64,000 bases of DNA from Podarcis bocagei (lineage: Eukaryota). A program made the translations under genes and the position numbers. Location of the stretch: the NCBI GenBank assembly GCA_964188305.1, contig OZ076901.1; one strand, given 5' to 3'. Below, piece after piece: positions 25,102-37,044 of the stretch (position 1 is the stretch's first letter; each line of letters opens with the position of its first letter). Under the pieces are notes generated by a model, which did no database searches, was not told the origin of the DNA, and saw nothing but the letters and a program-made list of their open reading frames with translations.

Positions 25102-25343
25102 AAGTGGTACCTTCGGTTACAGACGCTTCAGGTTGCAGACGCTTCAGGTTACAGACACTGCTAACCCAGAAATAGTACCTAGGGTTAAGAACTTTGCTTC
25201 AGGATGAGAACAGAAATCACACAGCGGCGGTGTGGTGGCAGCAGGAGGCCCCATTAGCTAAAGTGGTACCTCAGGTTAAGAACAGTTTCAGGTTAAGAAC
25301 AGACCTCTGGAACAAATTAAGATCTTAACCCAAGGTACTACTG
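25102..25343. mobile_element. Tc1/mariner (Tigger/pogo-like) MITE
   Basis: Termini (c/a)agtggtacc...ggtactactg; TA TSD; internal ttcaggtta repeats. Confidence 0.85.
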
Positions 25344-25538
25344 TATAAGAGAACAAGGGAGGTGTTCATGGTGAGTTCCAGCACTTCTTTTTTCAGGAAA
25401 AAAACCCATCACCTCAGTCCTCCCTACGCATTCCCCTACTTTTCTCTACCGGATTCTGTTTCAGAAATACTTGCTCCATAAGGATGTATGTGCATAATCA
25501 AAAGCGTCCCTTTCAGGAGGGCACAGTGCGGTACTTAC

Positions 25539-25715
25539 TGGTGTGGCGGGCGCTTCTTTTGCTTAGGCCCCAGCAGATCCTGCCAAATCCAGGCTCTCAA
25601 GTGGGAACTGTGGCAAGCAGGTCTGCGTAGGAGTAAATCACAGCAGGCAAGGGGAGGAGCAGGGCAGGGAGGAGGCTGCCCTGCTGAGCTCTCCACCCTA
25701 TACATCATTTAAACC
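25539..25715 (-). promoter_or_regulatory. Candidate non-coding first exon and promoter of the TMEM45B-like gene
   Basis: The ATG exon has a splice acceptor, so an upstream exon is required; perfect donor acacca|gtaagt at 25538, GC-rich repeat-free body, TTTAAA/TATA-like sequence near 25698-25713. Confidence 0.45.
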
Positions 25716-26785
25716 AGTCGGCACACATTTGTAATTGGATATGCCTTCTGGAAACCGAGTGGTCAACTTCCCAGGAGACTACAGGCACATTCCAGGCACA
25801 GTCATCCCAACATTTTTGTTGTTGTTTAGATGGCTTCCTCTAACATTTTACACACTATGCAACATGTCATAGTCCTGGAAAACAGGCATGGCTCCAATAA
25901 GGTTCTCACCTGCCCTTCCTCCTGCAATTTCCATCCCTCTCTGAGCTGCATCAAGCTGCTGTTTTCCTTCTCCCAGATGAGAATATGTCCCTGTGTGTGT
26001 TTTTGAGTGATTTTTCAGAATAGTGGAATAACAGGAAGAGCAGCAGCAGCAATAATAATCACGCTGTATTCGCCATCCTCTCCAATAAGAACAGGGATTC
26101 CCTCCCTAGCCACCCCACAGTGGTGGTTGTGATGGGGTCCCTCAATCCCAATTAGCAACCCCTGTTGCTGGAAGTTCCTGCCCCCACTTGGCAAATGGTT
26201 GCCTGCATTCGCTTCAGTGCCATCAGATGATGCAGATAATAAACCCAGGAGCCCAATTAATTGCTCTGATTCAAACGACTGCCTGGTATCCCAACCACGG
26301 GGAAATCTCTGCTTCCGGTTGTAACATTCTTCTGCTTTTTTGGCAGCGATCCTGCATTGCTAATGGCATTTTCCTCCTGCAGAGAAGGATGCGGCAGAGG
26401 TAGTTGTGTGAGCGCGTGTGCATTTAATTAAAGTTTTGTCAAGCAGCAGATTGAGGGATTCTGTTGTTAGTTGGCAATGGCCATTATTAATCTTCACGAT
26501 AATCCAGAGGGAGGCAGGGGACCTGTGTGTGGGCAGGGCTGGTTCTGAATCATATTATCCCGTCTTGCAAAACATCTTGTTTTGAAGTGGAGGAACCAGT
26601 AGGAAGGTAAGAGTTCGGTAGGAAGGTTAGGAGGAGGAAAAACCTGCTAAGTGTCCGGAGCCAGAGTTAAGTCTTTATTCAAAGAAACCCAAACAGCTCA
26701 GGCCTAGTGGTCACAGCAACTCTTCCCAGTAGGTTTTGTCCCAATGAGGCAGTTGTGAGAATTGAAGGTCTCCACCTTCCCACCA

Positions 26786-27129
26786 GGATGTGGGTGGTGC
26801 TGTGGGTTAAACCACAGAGCCTAGGACTTGCCAATCAGAAGGTCGGCGGTTCAAATCCTTGTGATGGGGTGAGCTCCCATTGCTTGGTCCCAGCTCCTGC
26901 CAACCTAGCAGTTTGAAAGCAGATCAAAGTGCAAATAGATAAATAGGTACCACTCCGGCGGGAAGGTAAACGGTGTTTCCGTGTGCTGCTCTGGTTTGCC
27001 AGAAGCGGCTTAGTCCTGCTGGACACATGACCCGAAAGCTGTATGCCAGCTCCCTTGGCCAATAAAGCGAGATGAGTGCCACAACCCCAGAGTCGGCCAT
27101 GACTGGACCTAATAGTCAGGGGTACCTTT
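26786..27129 (+). mobile_element. Sauria SINE
   Basis: Full length; TSD accttcccacca at 26774-26785 and 27130-27141. Confidence 0.92.
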
Positions 27130-27624
27130 ACCTTCCCACCACTGTCTAAGGTTCATCCCCTGGTTCCTTCCATAGCAGCCTAAGGCTGTGTCACCTTGCC
27201 TTCCTTTGCTCTGCCATCTTCATACCTCTCTTGTTCCTGGGAGACTAGGGGGAGGGGAGCTGGTTGCCGCAAGAGGGGGAGACCCATTGGCTTCTTCAGC
27301 AGACCTGACTCATTTCTGCCTCTTGCTCCCCCTTTTGTCCAGCTCCCACTTCTGCCTCCAATTCTGAACTGCTCTCTTCCACAGCCTCTTCCTGCTCACT
27401 AAACCCTGTTGCTTCTTCAGCTTCTGACACAGTGTGTGTGTGTGTGTGTGTGTGCAAGTCAGCACCCCTGTCCCGACACTTCTTTCTCCTCCCACTCTGT
27501 TCCCTCTTCTCTCTCTGACCACTCATTGCTGTCCCACCACCAATCCCCTGGCTCTGAGCCTTCTTCTGCTTGGGGAGTTTCCCCACCTGGTGCCTCCCAC
27601 CCCTCCTCTTCATCCAAGCCAGTA

Positions 27625-27855
27625 CAGTCGTAACTTGGGTTACATACGCTTCAGGTTACATACGCTTCAGGTTACAGACTCCGCTAACCCAGAAATAGTA
27701 CCTCGGGTTAAGAACTTTGCTTCAGGATGAGAACAGAAATCATGCTCCAGCAGTGGGAGGCCCCATTAGCTAAAGTGGTGCTTCAGGTTAAGAACAGTTT
27801 CAGGTTAAGAACAGACCTCTGGAACAAATTAAGTACTTAACCCGAGGTACCACTG
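27625..27855. mobile_element. Tc1/mariner (Tigger/pogo-like) MITE, same family as 25102
   Basis: TA|cagtcgtaacttgggtta...taacccgaggtaccactg|TA. Confidence 0.88.
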
Positions 27856-27864
27856 TATAGGACA

Positions 27865-28707
27865 CTGAGCTTGAATACTGCTAAGATGGAGGCGCTGTGG
27901 GTCAGTAGCTCCCACGTCCAAGAAATTGGTCAGTTGCCTACCCTGGATGGGGTTTCACACCCCCTGAAGGAGCAGGATCGCAATTTGCGGGGGCTTCTTG
28001 GTGCAGCTCTGTCACTGGAGTCTCAGTTGCCAAAAGTGCCTTTTATCAACTGCAGCTGATTCTACAGCTGCAGCCATTCCTGGACCACAAAAAACCTTGC
28101 CGCAGTAGTTCATACGTTGGTTATCTCAAGACTGGATTGCTGCTGTGTGCTGTATGGGGGGCTTCCCTCTCACTTGAGCTGCAGTTGGTACAGAACGCTG
28201 CAGCGCAATTGCTGACACTAGAGCTCAGTGGTCTGTGCTGTTTGTGCCGATTGCTGACACTAGAGCTCAGTGGTCTGTGCTGTTTGTAACATCAAGGTTA
28301 TTCCCATTAGTATAAAAAGCCTTTAGCAATTTGGGAACTAGGTTAACCTATGAGATCTCCTCATCCCACCTGTGCCCACTCGACTACTTGGATCAGTGGA
28401 ATGGCCACAGCTGCAGGTGCCACATAATCCTCTTTCCACATTTGTAAGAACTTGGTCAGTCAGTGTGTCGGCACCTACACTTTGGAACTCCCTGCCTCTT
28501 GATATCAGGCAGCTGCCTTCAAAGCACTCTTTTTGGCACTAGCTAAAAGCGTTCTTGTTTAGACAAGCCTACCCAGATGCTTTGGGTAGGCAGCCCTGTT
28601 TAGGGAAGTTTTTAATGTTTGATGTTTTATCGTGTTTTTAATATTCTGTTGGGAGCCGCCCGGTGTGGCTGGGAAGACGCGGCCAGATGGGCGGGTTATA
28701 AGTAATA

Positions 28708-28759
<52 letters not shown>

Positions 28760-28945
28760 CAATACTATTTGAAAGCTGTGGTAATTTTAATCCATTTTTG
28801 CATTTTAACTTCTGTATGTTTTAAAGTCTGACTGTAATTTGTTTCTTTGTAATTTTATCCTTTTGTAAACCACTTTGAGAGTTCTCTTTTTTAAAAAATG
28901 AACGATCAAACCGTGTCCAAATGTTATGAAGTAAGTAAATAAATA
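27865..28945 (+). mobile_element. Old L2-clade LINE 3' fragment containing a younger LINE tail with (AAT)n (about 28585-28755)
   Basis: Degenerate ...SRLDC.../WNSLP coding remnants; tail ...gatgggcgggttataagt(aat)n. Confidence 0.7.
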
Positions 28946-31900
28946 AACCCCCATCATCACTCACCATTGGGCCTGCTGGCTGGGACTAAATAGGAGTCCA
29001 ACAGCACCTGAGGAGGACACAGCTTCTCTGTCCCTGACCTAGTGCATAATTTTGCATCCTGGTGGCTGCTTCTGGTGAGCTCAAAAGCAGGGTGTGAACA
29101 GTGGTGATGCAGCCATTTATTCCCACACACTCCCTTATTAATTGGAATCATAGAGAGTATCTGGGCTTATAATCATGAAAGAATCAGATTCTGTTTCCCT
29201 TTTAAGAAAAATTGCAGGTTGTTTTAGCCAGGAAAATGGATGCAGAGACTCAAAACTGCAAGTTGTTTAAATAAAACAAGGCCCCCATCTGCAAGGTGTA
29301 TTTAAAACAGTCTCTTTTTACCACTTTACACAGTCATGACTTCCCCCAAAGAATCTACATTGGGAAGTGTAGTTCAGGGTTGTTAGGAGACCCCTGTTCC
29401 CCCTCATAGAGCTACAATTTACAGAGTAGTTTATCAACCTCTCTTTCCAGGGAATACAGAGAATTGTATCTCTGTGGGAAGGAAGGGCTTCCCATCGCCC
29501 ATAACAAACTAGTTTCCAGGATTCTTTGGTGGAAGCCATGCCTGTTTAAAGTGGCATGGGTTATTATGGGTTGGAACTAAAACCCCACACTTCGGTTTTG
29601 CGGTTCCTTCCATTTCCCCATGTATTTGTGTGTTAGCCTGTTTCTCAATAAACAGCCACTTGTTCTGGGCTTATAAAATGAGCAACCCTACCTTATATTC
29701 AGTGGGGCTGGCCTGAAACATAAAAGCCCAGACAGATAGGGCTTTTTCTTTCTTTCTTTCTTGGTTGGGAACCCTTCTCTGATGAGGCCCCTCCAACTGT
29801 AGATTGTGTTGGAGAGAACCACTGCAGTCTTTTTCAGGAGAAAGATTAATGGTGTGGAAGGAGGAGGAACAGACCAGGAGGAAGACACACACAGAGAGAT
29901 GGACTGGTGTGTTCAGCTAAGATGAAGACCAAGACTGAAGAAGTATCCTGTACTGCGCCACATTCTCTACAGCTGCACTCAACCCATACATTCAAAGCCC
30001 ATGACTTTCCCCAAAGAATCCCAGGAACAGGTCATTTCTTGATGGTGCTGGGAATTGTAGCTCTGTGAAAGGGGAAACTAGAGTTCCTAGGACTGCACGG
30101 AGGAGATGTCATGCGCTTTCAATGTACTGCGTGGTACAGCAATCTATGTCTTTACTGAGGCTCTGCTGCCCTCTTTTGGTTTTGTATTTATTTATTTTTT
30201 GCACTCAGAGAACCTTTTGAGTCGTGTTCATCACATTAAAATAGCAATGCTTTTCAAGAGCAGAAACTGGAGCTTGGGAGAGGCAGAAGGTCGATGTGAC
30301 AGATCTCTGGGTTTTATGATAATAACAACAAAATTGCACACACATACCAAATTAGTACTAGTAACAAGAAGGAAGCTGGTGCAGGTGAATGGCTTAGGTG
30401 TCGCCAGGAGCGGATTTTGTGTGTGGAAGGACTATGATGAGCTCAGTTCAGCTCTGGTACGCCAACCAAATTGCCCTGGCTCGGAATTCTTCAACCCTAA
30501 GTGTACATCTTTCACACCAGGCTCTGGTTCGTGGATCTCAGGGTTCTAGTGAAAAACAAAGTAGATCATGTGAGCCTGGTTTTTTTAAAAAAATAAAATC
30601 CCAGAGGGTGACTTCAATATCTGCACAGAGCCTGCTCTTGGGCCACCTCGAGACTTCATGGCCTCCATAGGTCTCTCTTGGGTGGTCATCAGGCCAACAC
30701 ACCAGGCACGGCACTCTCTTGATTTGATCTTTGCCCCACTGTAACTAAGTCAAGTTTTACAGCCTGTGCTTTCTGACTGATGTATGGAGAGGCACATGAA
30801 CCTGACCTTTGAAGAGCTTGTAAGTAAACCAATTTTTAACTTACCAAACATGTGGCCTTTGGGGGAAAGAGGGGAGCTTTGGAAGGAACTTGAAAGAGCA
30901 ATTTTAAAGGTCTAACAGTCTGTATTTCCATGCTTTACTTTGCTGCATGTTTTGTGATTTTAAATCTCTGCTGGGGTTCTCTCACCAAAGAATAGTTGCC
31001 ACAAACCTGGATCTTAGCATCCAGGAATTCTCATTTTATACTTTTTCCATGCCACCAACACCTTATGCTATATTATTCTGCTTAAAGATTGTTTCACTGC
31101 TTTTTAGTCTGCATTCAAGCCTGATAAAGAGCACTGGAATTCTTTCCACTAGTGTCGCTGTTGCTACCAACTCCAGAAGAACTCTTGCGTTTGGCAAAAC
31201 ATTTATGTATTTATTGTAAGCCACAGCGATTAATTAGCAGGTGCTAGAATTGCAATGAGTTACAAACTGAAATTCAAAAGCATCTCATTGACGAAATGGT
31301 TGATGAGAATCTGGGATCTGCTGCTTGTGTGGAAACTTTGCAAATACTATTGCAATCACTGAAGTTAGACTGGGAAACAAAAGCTTTGTTGAGTAATGGA
31401 CCATTACTGTTATGCTTTGGAGCAGTACAGTGTCAGATGAGGTTCTGTCTTGTGATTTACTGAGAACACTGTGAAACAGAACACATGAAACAGGGTTGTG
31501 ATGAGATAGAGAGGGCAGGATATGAACCTAGAAAGTTATTGTGACATATTTGAAAGGGCAGAAAACAATGATATAGTTCTAGTATTTATTTATTTATGTA
31601 CGAACCCTTCACTGTAAGAGCAACATCATAACCATACAGATACCAAAAACATAAAACGATTCTTTTGATGCCACTTACAATATAAGCAACAGCACCAAAC
31701 CCTCATGTTCATTTTCCCTAAGAAATTTGCGAATATGCAATTGCTGGTATTGAGATTAACACTAGAGGGGGCTTTGAATTCACAAATGCCTTCAGAAAAC
31801 CCCCCCAGAGGAGCTGAAAGGAGCTACTCCAGTCCATTTTTGAATGTGGCAAGGGAAGAGATCAAGGACTTTCTTCTGGAAAGCAACTGGGGGGGGGGGA

Positions 31901-32207
31901 ATGGACGACAAAGTTACCTAATTAGCACTCTTCGAAGCAATAGATGAAGCGAAATCTTCCGAAATTTGCAGTTACCTTTGAATGTTACGATGCAGTTCTC
32001 CAACTAATCGATGTGCACAGAAATGCACATATTGCTGTTGGAGTGTATTGGTCCTCTACCCGTGCTCAGCCTGTATATTTGTATATAAAATGCAACAGTC
32101 TCCCGTGGCTTCTTTCCAAAGAAAATGAAACCTGGTCAAATGCTGTGCCTTGGGAAAGTCTCAACAGTAGGGAAAGAGGGAAGAATGTAACTCCTGTCTG
32201 TTGAACT

Positions 32208-32327
32208 GGGACAGCTCACTTGATAGAGCATGAGACTCTTAATCTCAGGGTTGTGGGTTCGAGCCCCAGATTGGGCAAAAGATTCCCAATGGCCCTCGTG
32301 GTCCCCTCCAACTTTACCATTCTATGG
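32208..32327 (+). mobile_element. Squam2-like tRNA SINE, internally deleted
   Basis: tRNA-Lys-like head plus CR1-type tail. Confidence 0.75.
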
Positions 32328-32387
32328 TTTTGATTGCCCTTGGTTGTTGTGCTCAAGTCTTGATTTCAGGCTTCCTATATAGGTTAT

Positions 32388-32826
32388 TGTAGTGATGTAT
32401 GGAAGTGAGAGCTGGACCATCAAGAAGGCTGATCGCCGAAGAATTGATGCTTTTGAATTATGGTGCAGGAGGAGACTCTTGAGAGTCCCATGGACTGCAA
32501 GAAGATCAAACCTATCCATTCTGAAGGAAATCAGCCCTGAGTGCTCACTGGAAAGTCAGATCGTGAAGCTGAGGCTCCAATACTTTGGCCACCTCATGAG
32601 AAGAGAAGACTCCCTGGAAAAGACCCTGATGTTGGGAAAGATGGAGGGCACAAGGAGAAGGGGATAACAGAGGATGAGATGGTTGGATAGTGCTCTCAAA
32701 GCTACCAGCATGAGTTTGACCAAACTGAGGGAGGCAGTGGAAGACAGGAGTGCCTGGCGTGCTCTGGTCCATGGGGTCAGGAAGAGTCGGACACGACTAA
32801 ACGACTAAACAACAACAACAGCAACA
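32388..32826 (+). mobile_element. Bov-B (RTE) LINE 3' fragment
   Basis: MYGSESWTIKKADRRRIDAFELWCRRRLLRVPWTARRSN...; tail gagtcggacacgactaaacgactaaacaacaac. Confidence 0.95.
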
Positions 32827-32829
32827 TGT

Positions 32830-33039
32830 NNNNNNNNNNNNNNNNNNNNNNNNNNNNNNNNNNNNNNNNNNNNNNNNNNNNNNNNNNNNNNNNNNNNNNN
32901 NNNNNNNNNNNNNNNNNNNNNNNNNNNNNNNNNNNNNNNNNNNNNNNNNNNNNNNNNNNNNNNNNNNNNNNNNNNNNNNNNNNNNNNNNNNNNNNNNNNN
33001 NNNNNNNNNNNNNNNNNNNNNNNNNNNNNNNNNNNNNNN
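32830..33039. other. Assembly gap (210 N)
   Basis: Run of N. Confidence 1.
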
Positions 33040-34963
33040 GGGAAACTGTGCTTGACAGCTGCTTGTTTACAACTCTCATCATACCTGACTATCTATCTAT
33101 CTAATCCATGGGGGGGGGTGGCACTTTGGGTCTGCAGCTGTGAGGTTCGGGCAATGCACTGGCAGATTCAATCTAGTGCTCCCTCTGCCCCATCCCTGCC
33201 CATTCTCTTCCCTGGTACTTGGCGGCAATGCTGCTGAGCCAAGGGGGCAGCTCCTTCCCTGCTGGATGGGAGCTGGATCCAGCAACGAGGGCCACAGGTC
33301 CCCCCAATTCCCGATCTGGGTTGGCATGAACCAACCAAAGATAAACATGGGAGAGGTTTAGGCAGCATCAGGTCTGCCGATCAGTGTGGTCCAGTGGGCT
33401 TGAATAGGGTAATTAAATCTCATAGGTAAATTTTGGAATGAAAACTTTGGCAGCAATTGAGCCAAGAGTTTGAGTGCTGTGTCCATAAGTGGGAGCATTT
33501 TTGTTTTTAGATGTTTTAATTGTGTCTAAAGGCAGATTAACCTGAAAAAGTGGAAGAGGCATCCAACAGGAAGAGATGGCCTTTGCAGTAGCCAGCCAGA
33601 TTACCGAGCCAGGTTCAAGGTCCTTGCATTAATTTACAAAGCCCTGAACAACTGAGGTCAGGGATTGCCCAAACCCTTCTATTCCAGCTTGATCACTGAG
33701 ATCATTTTCTGGGATGCCGTCAGTCATTTCCCAAGTCGGCAAGGCTAATTTGACAAACGAAAAACAAAAAACACCAAGCCTTTATGGAACTCTCTGCCAC
33801 TTGAGATTCAGCAGGTGCCTTCAAGGCAAACTTTTAAATGCCTGCCGAAAAACCTCTATTCCACCAGGCCTATGCAGGCAATTAAGAATACACCCTTCCA
33901 CCATGGTTAAATGATGTCTTTTTATATATATATATACTTTGCATGGCTTTTTATTGTATGGTTCTCATGGCTGTAAATCGCTGTAAATTGTGAGACACAG
34001 CAGTATACAGATACTTAAAAAATAATAATAAATAAAACAATGAATACATAGTTTCTACTTGATTCAAGTAGGTCTGCCATAGTCAAAATAAATTAAAATG
34101 ATTCTTTAAAAAGATAGTTAAAAAGACTCTTCTTAAAAACATAAGAACTCCCTTTAAAAAATCGAGTCTTCAAAAAAGTTATATAATCTAAGAAAGTCTT
34201 TAAAAGAATCCTCCCAGAAGAATTGAAAAATTAAAAAGTAGCCCCTTAGAGACCAACTGAGTAGTTTTAGGTATAAGCGTTCGTGTGCGTGCACACTTCT
34301 TCAGATAGTTCTTCAGATAGTTCTTCAGATAGTTTCTTCTTGCCAGCCGTGTCAACGCTCCACTGCATTTGCTTGCACCAGATAGAAGTTCAACTTCCCA
34401 AGCAAGTCGGTAAACAAGTGTTGGAAATAATTGCGCAGTTGTCACCCCCGTCATTGAGCAGAGCTCTATTTTAAAACGCCAGTTTAGCCCCAAGGTTCGG
34501 GAGGGAGGGCAGGGCAGTTTCTGGCAAGGCCCAGCTGTCTGAGTGCAGCACAAACTGGGCTCTTCAAAGCACCAGGCCGGGTGTCTCAGCGCCAGACTGT
34601 CCTGGCTGGGAGAGCAGGGAGGCTGAGAAGAGCAGGCAGGCCTTGCTAATGGTGTTTTGACGTATCACATCAAGCACAATCTGCGCCGCTCGGAAACAGC
34701 TGCTCAGAACCCGATGCTGGATGATGGAAGAGAGGAGGGTGAGACGGAGGTTGGAGGTGGAAATTAATGGGAGGTCTAACCTTTTTTCGTGTGTGTGTGT
34801 GATACAAAATTATGCAAAATACAGCATTACAGACCCTTCAACTACTCGTGTTTTCCAGGTAGACAGTCCTGGATCTGCAGAAGCCATCCCAATTTCTGAT
34901 TTGATTCTGGGTTGGTCTTCATTCCTTAGGACGTTTCTATTTTCGCTAGAGGATATGGAATAA

Positions 34964-35278
34964 AAAGGTAAAGGGACACCTGACTGTTAGGTCCAGTCAT
35001 GGACAACTCTGGGGTTGCGGCGCTCGTCTTGCTTTATTGGCCAAGGGAGCCGGTGTACAGCTTCTGGGTCATGTGGCCAGCATGACTAAGCTGCTTCTGG
35101 CGAACCAGAGTAGCACACGGAAACGCCGTTTACCTTCCCGCCGGAGTGGTACCTATTTATCTACTTGCACTTTGAAGTGTTTCAAACTGCTAGGTTGGCA
35201 GGAGCAGGGAGCAATGGGAGCTCACCCCGTTGCGGGGATTCGAATTGCAATTGGCAAGCCCTAGGCTCTGTGGTTTAG
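34964..35278 (-). mobile_element. Sauria SINE, 5'-truncated
   Basis: Reverse complement of the Sauria consensus seen elsewhere in the window. Confidence 0.9.
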
Positions 35279-36795
35279 AAATGTGGGAGGCAGGACTGTG
35301 GTTAGCAGATGCAGCACTGGGATGCAAATAAGCAGCCTCGGCAGGTGAGTTCACAAGCATAGAAGCAGCACTGAGGATAGGGACACGTCAAGATTTCCCT
35401 TCTTGGCATTTTCCCAGTCAGCATTGCCCCCCAGCAACCCCCCTGCCACATTTTCACCCACAGGGAACAATGTTTACTGTTCAAAGCAATGGGTCGGTTG
35501 TGATTGGGTGCAGCAGGCTAAACTAATGAGAGATAAGAGACGGCAGGTCATTCTTTGAATGTCTATGCCTATGGTGAGTCGTTGGATGTATGGTACAGAT
35601 GGGGCACACATAGTCACCTTAAACTTACAAGTAAGGCTCTTTTGCTCCACACTACTACTGCAAAAGCGGGGGGGGGGGGCACAGTGTTAAAAGAGGTACT
35701 CAGATCAGGATCAGCACCTCCGTAAGTCCTAGGCTGCAGTCCTAGGCGACATTCACATCATACCTTTAAACACATACCTTTATGACACATACCTCTCAAC
35801 TGTCCTGTTTTAAGTGGGACATCCTGGAATTACAGAAACCATCCTGAATCCCAGGATGTCCTATGTTGGTTCCCGGCCCTGAAAGACATGTATCTCAATT
35901 TTCCTGTGCAGCATGTTAGAGTATCATGATACCACTTTAAACAGTCATGGTTCCTCCCCAAAGCATCCTGGGAAATGTAGTTTGTGCAGAGACCCCTATT
36001 CTCCTCATGGAGCTACAATTCTCAGAGTGGTTTAACCATCAATCCCTCTTCCCAGGGAATTCTAAGCGTCGTAGCTTGGGGTGGGGGGAGGGGGAGGAAT
36101 GGGGTCTCATAATATTGCATAGCACCCTGAACGAACTCCATTTCCTAGGATGCTGTGGGGAATGCTATGTCTGTTGAAGCAGTAGAAGAGTGCTTTAAAT
36201 GTCAGTATGGTGAGGCAAAACCTACTCCAGGGAAAAAGCAAGGCAGTAACTTGCCTGCTCATTTCTCCCTCTCACGTAATCCATCTTTAATTCCATCTTC
36301 TGAGCCAAATCATCCCTCCACAGCCCAGCTTGAAATTCACAGGCTCCCTGAATGTGCAGTACAGGAAGATGTCAGTTTTTAAAGCTATGGGTGAATGGTT
36401 TATATATCCTCAGGCAGTACGTGATGAGATGCTGTTGAGAGGAAGAGAGGCAAATCATGCCAAGCGGCCGATTTCAAAGGGGCTTCCCGAAAGTCCTGAA
36501 TGCCAGAAATGCACTCCCCAAACTTTGCCACCACAAAGACGGGCTTTTCTGTTACTGCACTCCTCTTTCTCAGGAAACTGTTTAATGTTGGAATATGGTG
36601 TGGCTTCCAGTTGAACTGAGCACTCATCCTGATTAAGAGCATAAGAAGAAGCCGTCTGGATCAGGTCAGTGGCCCATTCAGTCCAGCATCCTGTTCTCAC
36701 AGTGGCCACTCAGATCCCTCAAAAGCAGGACCCCTGAGCGCAAGAGCCCTCCCCGCACTGCTGACTTAAATTAATGGTATTCAGAAGTATTAGTA

Positions 36796-37044
36796 CAGTT
36801 GTACTTCTTGTTACGTCAGTCTCTGGCTGCGTTTTTTCAGGATACGAACGCAGCAAACCTGGAAGTGTATTCTTCCAGGTTTCACTATGCACGCATGCGC
36901 AGAAGCACTCTGCACACCTCACACATGTGTAGAAGCGCTCTATTGCGCCGTGCATGTGCGCAGAAGCAGCACTCGAGCTGTGGACTTTTCGGGGTGCGAA
37001 CGGCACCCCGGAACGGATCAAGCCCGTAATTAGAGGTACCACTG
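36796..37044. mobile_element. Tc1/mariner (Tigger-like) MITE
   Basis: TA|cagttgtacttc...gaggtaccactg termini; interrupts an older repeat. Confidence 0.7.

Noticed and set aside
32208-32280. tRNA-Lys-like genes (also at 21918, 39610 and 58655)
   Set aside because: They are SINE heads fused to CR1 tails and have broken stems
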